Below the pieces are notes generated by a model. It ran no database searches and was not told where the DNA came from. It worked only from the letters and a program-made list of their open reading frames with translations. From Minisyncoccota bacterium (GTDB taxonomy: Bacteria; Patescibacteriota; Minisyncoccia; Phycocordibacterales; UBA1006), in contig DASWYC010000002.1 of assembly GCA_036405175.1 (NCBI GenBank), forward strand, positions 467,714 to 531,713: a stretch of DNA of 64,000 nucleotides, written 5' to 3'. This document shows, one piece after another, positions 47,845 through 58,291 of the stretch (positions are counted from its first letter, which is position 1; every line of letters begins with the position of its first letter). Both the position numbers and the translations under genes were made by a program.

Positions 47845-48687
47845 TTAGCCCAAAATACCCACGATCACAACACCAACAAATGCAATAATGAGCGATGGCC
47901 CAAACGGAATTACCTGCCCTCGCTTAAGTTTAAATGTTTTATGAGTGCGATAGTTTTCAACGAATGCCCACAGTAGTCCAATAATAGACGCTCCAAAAAG
48001 TGTCATCATCAAGAAGAAGAGACTCTGTTCAAAGAAAAACTTCGGCACACAATTTTTACAAAAATTTGCGAATGATAGCAATGGGAATACCAACATACCC
48101 ATAGCTCCCATTAAGATACCGTCACCATACCCCATCCATCGCTCCCTAGAGCCGATTGAAATAAGTACGAGCGGCATTGCCCACAACAATCCACTGCCAA
48201 GAATATATTTAATAAATATCAAAAATGGCGCTGCTTGAGGATTAATAAGAATAAATACCAGGATTATGGTAATAAGAACAACTGCATACAGCCATGCTAA
48301 TAATACATTTGGAAATACATAGTGGCGCGCATCAATAAGTGCCAAGAGCATAAAAAGACTTAAAATAGTACTTCCCACCAAAGCCCACACCGCTGCGTTC
48401 ATAGTAATGCCCATGAATCCAACAATGGTATAGATCATCAAAGAAAACACGAGTGCAAAACCAGCTTCAATAGCAATGTATGACCCTGAGCCTCTTATCT
48501 TGCATGTCTTACACCCAATAAACGCCCCAACAAATGGGATGAGTGAAGCTACTTCTAGCGGCTTTCCGCAATTATCACACTGCGAACGACCATGCATGGT
48601 TTTTACCCCAAACCGATCTGCAAAGCACATAAGAAAACTCGCCAATGTTCCCCCTAATAAAATAACAAGCATGACGAATATGATCAT
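47845..48687 (-). CDS. pilD: prepilin peptidase
   Basis: RSQCDNC..CKTC, IDARH, MGYGDG, IPFGPSL. Confidence 0.9.
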   Translation of the reverse strand: MIIFVMLVILLGGTLASFLMCFADRFGVKTMHGRSQCDNCGKPLEVASLIPFVGAFIGCKTCKIRGSGSYIAIEAGFALVFSLMIYTIVGFMGITMNAAVWALVGSTILSLFMLLALIDARHYVFPNVLLAWLYAVVLITIILVFILINPQAAPFLIFIKYILGSGLLWAMPLVLISIGSRERWMGYGDGILMGAMGMLVFPLLSFANFCKNCVPKFFFEQSLFFLMMTLFGASIIGLLWAFVENYRTHKTFKLKRGQVIPFGPSLIIAFVGVVIVGILG

Positions 48688-48720
48688 ACTTGTTATTATA
48701 CGCTACTATTTTTCTATTTT

Positions 48721-50781
48721 TTAGTGAGGCATTTTAGTTCCATCAGCCTTGAGCATCACCGTATATCCTTGCTGTTGTCCATCCCAGTTACTAAACTCTC
48801 CAACCACAAAGAGTGAACCATCTGAATTCTCTGAAACAGAGCGGACAATGCGTGTTCCCAAAGCACCACTTGGACTGGTTCCATACTTAGATGGACGATA
48901 CTTGTTTAACTCAACAATTCCGTTACCTGCGTTGAATGTTGTATCAAGTGCTCCAGCTGCTGTAATACGAATTATATTATTCACACTTGTTGTGTTATAT
49001 TTATTAACATCACCAAATACCAATATCTTTCCAGATGAGAGCTTAATCATATACGCACCATATCCTGCTTCGATCTTGAGACTTCCACTATTAAATGTGG
49101 CGTCAGTTGTTCCATTGCTGTTAAGGCGCATGATATTTTTATAATTGTTATTTGATGAAGTAAATTGTCCTGAGATATATATCTTGCCATCAATTTCAAT
49201 AATTGATTGAATCCATGCAAAGTTATTAAATTGACTACGTGAAACACGGAATGAAGTATCAACGGTTCCATCACTGTTGAGGCGTGCCATTACTGACTCT
49301 CCTGGTGTTATATTTTTAATATCAAAGTCACCACTTGTAGAACTTGCTCCTGTTGCAGCATAGATTTTACCATCTGAAGCTTTCATAAGAGGCGCAACCC
49401 ATCCACCTCCGCCCCATACAAGTTGGTCACTGCTAATCTGATTTGATGCCATGGTTCCATCAGAGTTCAAAATAACAATTCCACTAAGAACATCTTGTCC
49501 TGATGATTTAGTATTGTCATCCCATTTCTTAAAGCGTCCACTTACCCAAATCTTTCCAGCTGATTCAATACTTGAAGCAGTACCACAATACGGTGCACCA
49601 AGGCCACACATAAGTCCATCATCAAGTTTGGTCATGAATGCACTATCAAGTGTTCCATTTGAGTTGAGCATGATGAGTCCTTTACCATCTACGCGAAGAT
49701 CGTTATACGTAGTTTCTGCAGAATCATCAAAGCCTGAACCAAGTACTAAGATCTTACCAGTACTCAACACATTAACTCCCGCAGTACCAGCACCTCCTCC
49801 TTGAGTGAAGAATGGTTCTGCATCAGTATCAGGATTAGAACTGCCGTTTTCATTTGCACCCTTAAGACCGTTGAGTGCTCCGGTGGTTTGGAATGTGGTA
49901 TCAAGCTCTCCTTTTTGATTAATACGTGCAAGCTTCCATACGGTGGTAGTGTCGTACATATTAAAGCTTCCTCCTACCACATATTTGCCGTCTTGCTGCA
50001 CATCCGCAGTTCTTACAATGTAGTTAAATGGTGCGAAGTGATTGCTTGGTCCACAAACGTCACCCACTGATCCGTCTTTGTCACACGCATCACAAGGATC
50101 TTGTTCGTTAGGAATTCCGTCATCATCGCAATCGGTATCACAATCGTCCCACTGGGTGGTGGGATTATCGATACAAATATTACAATTTGCCTGTCCAGGA
50201 GTACATACCTGTCCCCCATCTTGACTAAATCCAGATCCAAGTTCATAAACCACCGTTGAGTTATCAGGATCACACTGCCAGTCATCAACTAAGTTGGTTG
50301 GTGAAATTTCACCGGCAAATCCGGTATAGTCCGTACAATACATGGTCACATTTGGTGACTTAGTTTCAATATCGGCAATAACAAACCATGCAGTTCCGTC
50401 ACTCTTTTCGTGACAGGTTACGGCATTGTCTTTTCCGATATCGGTATTTGATGCAACTTCTTTTACAAACGAATCACTTGCTGGATTATATGCAGCATAT
50501 GAAAGACGCTTGGTTACACTTTGTGCATCCTCAACAAATCCAACTGAACACAAATCATTTCGATATACTTTTGCGTTTGTTGAACCTCCAACGGTTGTTG
50601 GTGTTAATAATACTTCTGACTTCTGACGAAGTGCAGAAACGGTTTTAATAGCAGCTGCTTTTGCTGCACGCTGACGCGCTCCTGCCAATGAAGGAAGAAG
50701 TACGGTAGCAAGAATAATAATTACTGACAATGATATAAGTAGCTCGGGGAGCGTAAGTGCTTTAAGAGTACGATGATTCAT
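48721..50781 (-). CDS. pilin fused to Cys/Asp-rich linker and delta-60-type beta-propeller (adhesin-like)
   Basis: KA/LTLPE pilin N-terminus; DCDDDGIPNEQDPCD; repeated RLNSDGT.DT.F and DGKI...G.F units. Confidence 0.75.
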   Translation of the reverse strand: MNHRTLKALTLPELLISLSVIIILATVLLPSLAGARQRAAKAAAIKTVSALRQKSEVLLTPTTVGGSTNAKVYRNDLCSVGFVEDAQSVTKRLSYAAYNPASDSFVKEVASNTDIGKDNAVTCHEKSDGTAWFVIADIETKSPNVTMYCTDYTGFAGEISPTNLVDDWQCDPDNSTVVYELGSGFSQDGGQVCTPGQANCNICIDNPTTQWDDCDTDCDDDGIPNEQDPCDACDKDGSVGDVCGPSNHFAPFNYIVRTADVQQDGKYVVGGSFNMYDTTTVWKLARINQKGELDTTFQTTGALNGLKGANENGSSNPDTDAEPFFTQGGGAGTAGVNVLSTGKILVLGSGFDDSAETTYNDLRVDGKGLIMLNSNGTLDSAFMTKLDDGLMCGLGAPYCGTASSIESAGKIWVSGRFKKWDDNTKSSGQDVLSGIVILNSDGTMASNQISSDQLVWGGGGWVAPLMKASDGKIYAATGASSTSGDFDIKNITPGESVMARLNSDGTVDTSFRVSRSQFNNFAWIQSIIEIDGKIYISGQFTSSNNNYKNIMRLNSNGTTDATFNSGSLKIEAGYGAYMIKLSSGKILVFGDVNKYNTTSVNNIIRITAAGALDTTFNAGNGIVELNKYRPSKYGTSPSGALGTRIVRSVSENSDGSLFVVGEFSNWDGQQQGYTVMLKADGTKMPH

Positions 50782-50853
50782 AGGTATACCCTTAATTGTA
50801 ATATGAAAATTTTATGAGATTAGATGTTATCCACTTATTAGTATCAACTAAAA

Positions 50854-51351
50854 TTACTGACATGAGTTTGCATCAATATTTGCATACCCTGTTGAAGGAA
50901 CTACAGCTGCAAATCCACCAGAGTCTACACAAAAAATTGAAACATTGCTTCCTGTGATATCAACATCCATTGCTGCAACAAAATTATCAGTACCAGAAGT
51001 ACAGAAGTTAGCACCATTCGTAGTCGCAACGGTAGCACTTGGAGCTGCAGCGGTTGAATATCCAAGTGTGGTTCTTGCCTTATCAAAGAGGTCGCGTACA
51101 CCATTTACTCCTGCAGTGGTACAAATGCTTGCAGGCAAATTACCGCTTATTGTTCTAAGACGTTCAGCTTCTGATCTAAGAGATGAGAGTGACGATGTTG
51201 CACTTGCACTTTTAGCCTTGTTACGTGCCCCAGACAATGACGCCAACGCAACAGATGCAAGAATACCAATAATTGCTACCACAACGAGAAGCTCGATGAG
51301 GGTGAATCCTTTTTTAGAGTGAATCATATAAATAGATGAGTTAGAGCTCAT
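50854..51351 (-). CDS. type IV major-type pilin
   Basis: KKG/FTLIELLVVVAIIGILASVALASLSGAR; C-terminal FCVDS.G. Confidence 0.92.
   Translation of the reverse strand: MSSNSSIYMIHSKKGFTLIELLVVVAIIGILASVALASLSGARNKAKSASATSSLSSLRSEAERLRTISGNLPASICTTAGVNGVRDLFDKARTTLGYSTAAAPSATVATTNGANFCTSGTDNFVAAMDVDITGSNVSIFCVDSGGFAAVVPSTGYANIDANSCQ
51220..51314. repeat. 95-bp exact direct repeat, copy 1
   Basis: Identical to 52367-52461. Confidence 0.95.
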
Positions 51352-51401
51352 AAAGATACCTATGAAAGGTTGAATTTAGTATACCATGCCTCGTACGTGT
51401 T

Positions 51402-51968
51402 TTAATTGAATGGCACGTTACTTAAATCGAATACCCAATCTTGTGCTTGACCAGAACTGTCTCCTGTTTTTATAAATGGCTTTCCAAACATACACCCAGC
51501 ACTTCCCTGCGTACAGCTGGCACTCATAGTAGCGTTAACAACGGTCATACATGTGTTTGCGCTTCCACTAAATTGAATGATTCGGTCATCATCATGCTGA
51601 AGCTCACGCCCATCAGGACTTCCTAGCATTGTGCTTACTGAGTATGCTTCACAGGTGCTCGTATTTCCATCAAGATCAAATGCAATGTATGTCACCTGCG
51701 CCTTTTGATCAGTGCTAAAATTTTGAAATTGAACCAAATTTGAATCATTTAACGATGCTGGATATTTTCCGTATTTTGCTTTATATGATTCAACGTTACC
51801 CGTAATAGATCTTACAAGACTGGCTTTATTGGTGTCATCGCCTACGGTGCGACTTCGGCTTACCATTACGGTAATAATACCAATAAACACTCCAATGAGA
51901 CCTATCACCACAAGCAGTTCAATTAATGTGAATGCTTGTAGAGACGATCTATTAGAGTGTTTTTTCAT
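51402..51968 (-). CDS. type IV pilin / GspG-like pseudopilin
   Basis: QA/FTLIE; ESYKAKYGKYP. Confidence 0.85.
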   Translation of the reverse strand: MKKHSNRSSLQAFTLIELLVVIGLIGVFIGIITVMVSRSRTVGDDTNKASLVRSITGNVESYKAKYGKYPASLNDSNLVQFQNFSTDQKAQVTYIAFDLDGNTSTCEAYSVSTMLGSPDGRELQHDDDRIIQFSGSANTCMTVVNATMSASCTQGSAGCMFGKPFIKTGDSSGQAQDWVFDLSNVPFN

Positions 51969-52003
51969 ACTATCTTTATTGTATATCAGAAATATACGAA
52001 AGC

Positions 52004-52480
52004 CTAGTTACATGCGGTAGAAGCAATAGCCGTTGAGGTGCTCTTAGCGTTTCCAGAGTCATCAACACAGAAGTAACTGGTTGCAGAAGTACTTGAGTCA
52101 AGGTCCATGATAACCGCAATGCTTGATGGTGATGTTGAAGCATTGATAGTACATACAACAGTGTTACCTGCACCAGTTCCTGTACCGTTGTTGGTGTTGG
52201 TCTTAGTATAGGTACCTCCTGCTGAAGTAACAGCCTTGTCAATCAAGGTAAAGATTGAACCTGCAGAACAAACAGTCGCAGGAAGAGAACCATCTGAACC
52301 GCGCAAAGTTTCAGCTTCTGCACGGATTGCAGAGATAGTTGATTGAGCACTTGCCTGACGTGCACGGTTACGTGCCCCAGACAATGACGCCAACGCAACA
52401 GATGCAAGAATACCAATAATTGCTACCACAACGAGAAGCTCGATGAGGGTGAATCCTTTTTGGGTTTGGGTGTTTTTCAT
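52004..52480 (-). CDS. type IV major-type pilin
   Basis: QKG/FTLIELLVVVAIIGILASVALASLSGAR; C-terminal FCVDDSG. Confidence 0.92.
   Translation of the reverse strand: MKNTQTQKGFTLIELLVVVAIIGILASVALASLSGARNRARQASAQSTISAIRAEAETLRGSDGSLPATVCSAGSIFTLIDKAVTSAGGTYTKTNTNNGTGTGAGNTVVCTINASTSPSSIAVIMDLDSSTSATSYFCVDDSGNAKSTSTAIASTACN
52367..52461. repeat. 95-bp exact direct repeat, copy 2
   Basis: Identical to 51220-51314. Confidence 0.95.
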
Positions 52481-52520
52481 ATTGATATCATTAGTATACA
52501 GAAAATTTTCTTCACAATCA

Positions 52521-52943
52521 TTACGCGGCTAGTTTTCCACTGTTTCCTGAGTCTTCTCCTATGCGATGTTCAGAGTTAAAGGTATTTTTACCATGAGCCT
52601 GATCCTCCTCTTCTCCGCCTTCGTCTTCAAATTCATCATCAAATCCTCCATCTTTATATGCAGATACGGCTTCCTTATAATTCTGAGCCGTTGTTTTAAG
52701 GAGTTCAATGTACTTAGGCAATTCAGCACTTAAACGCTTAAAGAGATCGTCTTCATCTTTTGCTTCTTCAGTAATTTGCTCAAAGAGATTTGCCTCTTCT
52801 TCACTTGCTTGCTCAAGAAACTTCTCAAGTGCTTCGTTATATACCGTAAACGCTATTTCTGGGAAAATTTCTTCTGCTTCATCTTTAGGAAATGCAGACA
52901 TTCCTGTGTGTTCGTAGATAAGATAATCAAGTGGTGAATTCAT
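52521..52943 (-). CDS. acidic helical hypothetical protein
   Basis: 140-aa ORF; TATACT 8 nt before the ATG. Confidence 0.7.
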   Translation of the reverse strand: MNSPLDYLIYEHTGMSAFPKDEAEEIFPEIAFTVYNEALEKFLEQASEEEANLFEQITEEAKDEDDLFKRLSAELPKYIELLKTTAQNYKEAVSAYKDGGFDDEFEDEGGEEEDQAHGKNTFNSEHRIGEDSGNSGKLAA

Positions 52944-52960
52944 ATGAAATCAGTATATCA

Positions 52961-55900
52961 TTATTTCTTAAATTTAAGTCCACCACGTAAACGCACAAGA
53001 TCACGCAACTTTTTCTGCTGTTCCAGGAATGCTTCAAAACGGAACAAGCGCAACATATAGTTCTTAAGAGGTTCTCCCTTAAGTGGACGGATTCCCATTT
53101 TAAGACCCTTTCCATGCTCATTTACCATCAAAAACTCTGGTGGAATACCTGCGCGTACCAAATTAGCAGTTCCATTTCGAATCGATTCCACTGAACTTCC
53201 TGGTTCATATGCATAGGTGCTACTAATCAGACTGTGAACCTCTGGTGTAGATATCTCAATTGGTGAGTTCTGTAATTCAACCTTCATTGTTTCTGGATTT
53301 ACTACCAACTGATTAAATGGCTTTTGTGCACCCGGGAAATTTGGAACATTTTGAATATCTTTATTAAGATCAATGACCAACTGATTCACGCTGTAGAGCT
53401 TTGCATTGAGCTGGGTTTTTAATGAACGCTCTGCAGGGTTCAATGAGGCGACATCGCCTTTTACACGACCACCCTGGGCCAACATCTTTTCAACTGTTGG
53501 ATTAGTATCAAAGTATCCTGGGATTTTTTCATTGGGACCAATAATATTAACCTTCTCTTTCCCTACCATGCCGTCAAGCTTCATCCATGCATCAAGCTTT
53601 TCTTTGGCACCAAAGTCGTAATCCCCTTCTTTGATTATGCGAGGGTTATACATCTTGGTATAAATTTGATCCCATTCTAATTGAGTTTTTGGGAGACGCG
53701 TTGAAACACCAGGCGTACCAAGCATTTCATCTGGTGTAGTAATATGTCCAAAAATGTTATCAAGATACAATCCCCCTGTTCCTTTTTTAATATTTGCCAA
53801 CAATTCACCGGTAATTACTGGATCAGCATTTACCTCCATAAATTCACGAACAATCTGCTTGCGGAGTTCTGCATTATTTAATGTAAACAAAGTTGCATAT
53901 TGATCACCCTCAAGCGGCGGCTTGGTCCACATGCGTGAATACTTGGTAATACTATTGAGTGCCCCATTTTTATCAAGAGATCCAGAATACTGAACTCCAT
54001 TACTATCTAAACCGGCACGCACAATATTAGGATCAACAAAATACCCTTCTCGAGAACCTGAGTAAACAAGATTGCCAGGATTCAAAGGATCTTCAAGTTG
54101 AACAGCTTTAATTTGAGGATTATATGTTTCTGATCCAGTTCCAAAGCCATCGTCATCCGTAACAAATCTTGGACCACCCATACTATCAACGGTTCGATTA
54201 GTTATTACAGGGCTTGCAGCACTGGTATTTACTGTTCCAACGTCATCATCGGTAACCATCTCTACTTTTTCTGAAGATGGAGTTAGTATCTGATTCTGTC
54301 CAAATTTGTCCATTTCAAGCTCATTACTAAAATCATCTGAAATAATGCCAGCGTTATATGATGAAACTGGAGCCCTTTGAGACGCAATCATGTCTTGCAT
54401 TTCTTTATCTAATGCTTCTCGAGATGAAGAAATTCCCTGATCACTCATTGATGGAGGAGCAATTTCCTGATCATTGTTGTCAATAAAATTGCTTGCAGTT
54501 TTTGGAATAACCACATTATCAACCGGAGGTTTAAACTCTGGCTCAGGCGCCTGAGCAATATCATCATCTGTTACAAAACGAGGATTTTCCTGAGCGTCCA
54601 ATCCGCCAGCTGCCTCGGCAACATCTTTCGGCAATTTATTTTCAGCAATAATCTTCTCTGCTACTTCTCGTGCTTTTTCATCTACAGATCCAAGATCTTG
54701 AGCCTCAATCTTAAGACGATGTTGAGGAATAACCTTAGCCTCATATGGAACTTTATTATCAGGGTTACCTGGCTGAGTATTAAATAATTTATTTGGATCA
54801 ATTTGTTGAGTCTTAGGAGGCACTTCTTCTCCATGTGCCCCAAATACGTCGTGAGCAAGGCCCAATAATGCACCCAATGCAATAAATCCTGCTGATACTG
54901 ATGCTTGTTTTGCAGCTTTTTCTGCAACGTATTTTCGCTTAGCAGATTTAATTACCTCAACTTGAGCTTTAATTTTTCGGATGCGCTCTTCTTCTGCTGT
55001 TTCAGACTGAGCTGGACTAGTAATTGTTTCAACCTGAGCACGCTTATCTGAATACGTAGAAATTAAATATGCTGCACCCATCACCTTATTCAAGGTTAAA
55101 TATTCAGTTGCACGTTTACCTATTTCAGAATCCTCAAGTTCTGGATCAACGATTCTTCCATCTACTTGATTTTCAGAACTAAATGTTAACAGTCTATTCT
55201 TAAGAGCAATATTAGAAAGTTCATATAAATCCTGAATCTTTTTCTGGGCACGTGTTACATTAAAGTAATCATCTGGATCAATGTCATCATATTCTGCAAT
55301 TGCATTTCTGAGCTGTTCGATCATATCGCTTGCAGCTACATTCTCCTTCCGCATCGCCTCAATAACACCCTGTTCCCCCCTGTTCATAAGGCGACCATAC
55401 CAAGCAAATAGTCCCTTTTTATAGATCTTCTCTTCAGTACCTTTGATTGATGCTGATTCGCCCTTATACCCAGGAGCCTTCTCAAAATCCTTACCCATAC
55501 CAAGCATTTCATACGTACGCTTATGATTTAAACGTGCGTTCTCCTGAACAGATGCCAACGCAAAACGCACCACAGCACCAAGCCCCATAGTTGGTAACAA
55601 ATTAGTAAACGCCACCGCATGATCAACAGTCATACCAACAATTTTTCTACGCAAATACCCAAGAGACATTGAGGCACCCGCATATGCAGCTGATCGTCCA
55701 TACTTGCGCTCAACTTTCTTTTCATGATCAAGCTCAACCTCTACCATGCGCATAAAGTCACCTGCCGACTTTGAGGAAATAGCATTACTCATAATATCAG
55801 CTCGCAATGCATCAGGAACCTGCCCCTCCAAAGATTCAACAAGCTTTACCAACTCAAGCTCTTTAAAACTAATTTTCTCTCGCTCGGCAGTCTGAAATGG

Positions 55901-58291
55901 ATCATGTAAGCCAAAGAATTTTTTAACACCAGAAAATGTTTCTTTAATCTCTTTTCCAATCTTGGTGCGACCTTCTTCTGTTGTCACATTATTTAAAAGA
56001 TTCCCCGTTGCTTTAATTGGTACATTTACGATTGTTGAAACCGTGTCACCAAAATCCTGTTTACCAAGCTCTTTCCAAAAACTCTTCTTTCCCATTTTCT
56101 GTAAGAGTGAGTGTTCTTTAGGAGGACCAAGCTTAAGATAATCATCGGAGAGTTCGTTCAAAGAACCAATAATCTTGCTTCTCACTGACTCGTCCGCAAT
56201 TCCATCAAGAGAGTTTTCTAAATCTTCACGATCTGCAAAAGCATCACGCTTTGTATTAATATACGTATTTACAAGTTCCTTCATTTTATAGGTAAATTCA
56301 TCTTTCAATTTATCTTGTGCTTCCCCATCAAATTCTGCAATGGTTGTCTTTACTCCAACACCAAAAAAGCGTTTGGCCTTGGCAAGCTTACCGAGCATTT
56401 TAGGAACAAAAGTTCCATCTTGCATCTCACCAGCATATTTATTATTACGAAAATCAATTTCCTGTTCACGCTCAAAGGCTGTCTTCATTGAATACAAGAC
56501 TTTCTTAAGAATGAGTTCACGATGATTTGATGGAATATGTTCAAGGTCAGGAATTTCATCAAGTATTTCCTGTTGAGTAAATCCATACTTTTCATATGAT
56601 TCGGTAATATCAAACGTATGTTCCTCTTTTTTGAGCTCAGCTTTTTTAGGTTCAACCATTAGAGGAGTCTTTCTATCAAGAGGAACGGGCTCTTTATCAG
56701 TATCAGCCTCTTCATTTTCGTCCAACTTTGGAATCCCCATGTGATCAATTGGTTGAGCATATAGTTTACCTATTTTGTTTACAACCTTATTCAAGAAGCT
56801 CGGTTTTTTTTCTTCATCCTCTACATCATCTGTAAGTTTTAGATCCTCCTGCTTAATCTCTACCGAAAGTGGATACGGATTAGTACCAACAGGAGCAAAT
56901 GGCACATTCCCCATCTGGTTAAACATCCTATTTAAAAGACTTGGCTTCTGTTCACCTGCTTCTACTGGAATCTCTTCTTTTGGTTCAATAACATCGTCCG
57001 GTTGTGAGACTGAATAAGGAACATATCCCACAGGAGAAAATTCAACATTCCCCATTTGATTAAAGATCCTATTCATAAAACTTGGCTTTGACTCACCTAC
57101 CTCTAGCGGAACTTCTTCTTGCTGCAACACATCACCACCTGGCTCAAGTTCGCCACCTTCTGGAGATGGAGTAATAAGCATATGGTCCACAGGATATCCT
57201 GACATATCGCCCACCTTTTGCACCATCCTACCAATTCGCGTAGCATTTTGTTGTGCAATCTTTTTTTCTTTTTGTTTTTCTTGAAGCAGGCGTTCCTCTT
57301 CTGATCCAGGCTCTAAAAGATTATTGTTATCAGAATCATCCTCCATTACTACGTTTTCAATATTACCAGTGGTAAACGGTGCCATAGATCTATTGATTGA
57401 AACAAATGCATCCGTAATTGGCGTCGCTAGATTCATATGGATAAAACTAAAGAGATCCCTACCACTGTCAGGAATTGTATTTACCGTTAAACCGCCATTT
57501 TTATATTTTTCATAAAATTCTTCTAGCTTTTTCTGCTTTACAAAACCACTCTGGATTCCTAATTCCAAAAAAGATTTTGGAAAATTGAGGTCTTCGTAGA
57601 ATGCTAAAACATTCGGCGCAAGCTCGAGCTTCTTGCTTTCTTGTTCAACAGAAGCGCTAATTAGCTGAGAAAAGATACTTTCTCTTTTTGTTTTATTATC
57701 CTTAATATACTCATCAAAAATTACTGCCTCATCGGTAATATTGTATGCAACAAATACGCGCTTTAGATTTGAAGGTATCTCATCAGCCTTGTTCACATCT
57801 GTAACTTTTGCAGCTGACAATAAAAGCACCTTGCGAACTAAGTCTTTATTATTAATATCAATATACGACGCAAGCTTTTCAGCAAATAGATAGAATTCAG
57901 CGTTATTGTAATAATCTATACGAGAAGCGATCTGTTCAAAAGAAAGAGGGCTTTGGGTATTGTTAAGAACATTCTGCAGACTCGTTGCACACTCACTTTT
58001 TTCTGCCTTTGTTTTAGATTTGTACCCTACGAGTTTACTCAATAAGCGTGCCCACACAATAACTTCATCGTCAATTGATATATTATCTTGTTTTTTAAGT
58101 TCTTTTATAAACTTAAGCACACTTTTTGATTCCCATAATACATATTGTGTTTCTTTCAAAAAGGCATCCAGATAGACCCCATTCTCACTTTTTAATTTTT
58201 CAGCAAAAGCAACATCAAAAGGTTTAAATTCTTTTTCTGAATCCTTCCGAGACTCTTCTTGATTTTTTTGCGGACCATTCTCCAACGACAT
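52961..58291 (-). CDS. giant (~1776 aa) hypothetical protein with internal repeats and hydrophobic segments
   Basis: Uninterrupted ORF; TATACT-6-ATG at 58291; 47-aa tandem repeat; VTDDD motif three times. Confidence 0.85.
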   Translation of the reverse strand: MSLENGPQKNQEESRKDSEKEFKPFDVAFAEKLKSENGVYLDAFLKETQYVLWESKSVLKFIKELKKQDNISIDDEVIVWARLLSKLVGYKSKTKAEKSECATSLQNVLNNTQSPLSFEQIASRIDYYNNAEFYLFAEKLASYIDINNKDLVRKVLLLSAAKVTDVNKADEIPSNLKRVFVAYNITDEAVIFDEYIKDNKTKRESIFSQLISASVEQESKKLELAPNVLAFYEDLNFPKSFLELGIQSGFVKQKKLEEFYEKYKNGGLTVNTIPDSGRDLFSFIHMNLATPITDAFVSINRSMAPFTTGNIENVVMEDDSDNNNLLEPGSEEERLLQEKQKEKKIAQQNATRIGRMVQKVGDMSGYPVDHMLITPSPEGGELEPGGDVLQQEEVPLEVGESKPSFMNRIFNQMGNVEFSPVGYVPYSVSQPDDVIEPKEEIPVEAGEQKPSLLNRMFNQMGNVPFAPVGTNPYPLSVEIKQEDLKLTDDVEDEEKKPSFLNKVVNKIGKLYAQPIDHMGIPKLDENEEADTDKEPVPLDRKTPLMVEPKKAELKKEEHTFDITESYEKYGFTQQEILDEIPDLEHIPSNHRELILKKVLYSMKTAFEREQEIDFRNNKYAGEMQDGTFVPKMLGKLAKAKRFFGVGVKTTIAEFDGEAQDKLKDEFTYKMKELVNTYINTKRDAFADREDLENSLDGIADESVRSKIIGSLNELSDDYLKLGPPKEHSLLQKMGKKSFWKELGKQDFGDTVSTIVNVPIKATGNLLNNVTTEEGRTKIGKEIKETFSGVKKFFGLHDPFQTAEREKISFKELELVKLVESLEGQVPDALRADIMSNAISSKSAGDFMRMVEVELDHEKKVERKYGRSAAYAGASMSLGYLRRKIVGMTVDHAVAFTNLLPTMGLGAVVRFALASVQENARLNHKRTYEMLGMGKDFEKAPGYKGESASIKGTEEKIYKKGLFAWYGRLMNRGEQGVIEAMRKENVAASDMIEQLRNAIAEYDDIDPDDYFNVTRAQKKIQDLYELSNIALKNRLLTFSSENQVDGRIVDPELEDSEIGKRATEYLTLNKVMGAAYLISTYSDKRAQVETITSPAQSETAEEERIRKIKAQVEVIKSAKRKYVAEKAAKQASVSAGFIALGALLGLAHDVFGAHGEEVPPKTQQIDPNKLFNTQPGNPDNKVPYEAKVIPQHRLKIEAQDLGSVDEKAREVAEKIIAENKLPKDVAEAAGGLDAQENPRFVTDDDIAQAPEPEFKPPVDNVVIPKTASNFIDNNDQEIAPPSMSDQGISSSREALDKEMQDMIASQRAPVSSYNAGIISDDFSNELEMDKFGQNQILTPSSEKVEMVTDDDVGTVNTSAASPVITNRTVDSMGGPRFVTDDDGFGTGSETYNPQIKAVQLEDPLNPGNLVYSGSREGYFVDPNIVRAGLDSNGVQYSGSLDKNGALNSITKYSRMWTKPPLEGDQYATLFTLNNAELRKQIVREFMEVNADPVITGELLANIKKGTGGLYLDNIFGHITTPDEMLGTPGVSTRLPKTQLEWDQIYTKMYNPRIIKEGDYDFGAKEKLDAWMKLDGMVGKEKVNIIGPNEKIPGYFDTNPTVEKMLAQGGRVKGDVASLNPAERSLKTQLNAKLYSVNQLVIDLNKDIQNVPNFPGAQKPFNQLVVNPETMKVELQNSPIEISTPEVHSLISSTYAYEPGSSVESIRNGTANLVRAGIPPEFLMVNEHGKGLKMGIRPLKGEPLKNYMLRLFRFEAFLEQQKKLRDLVRLRGGLKFKK

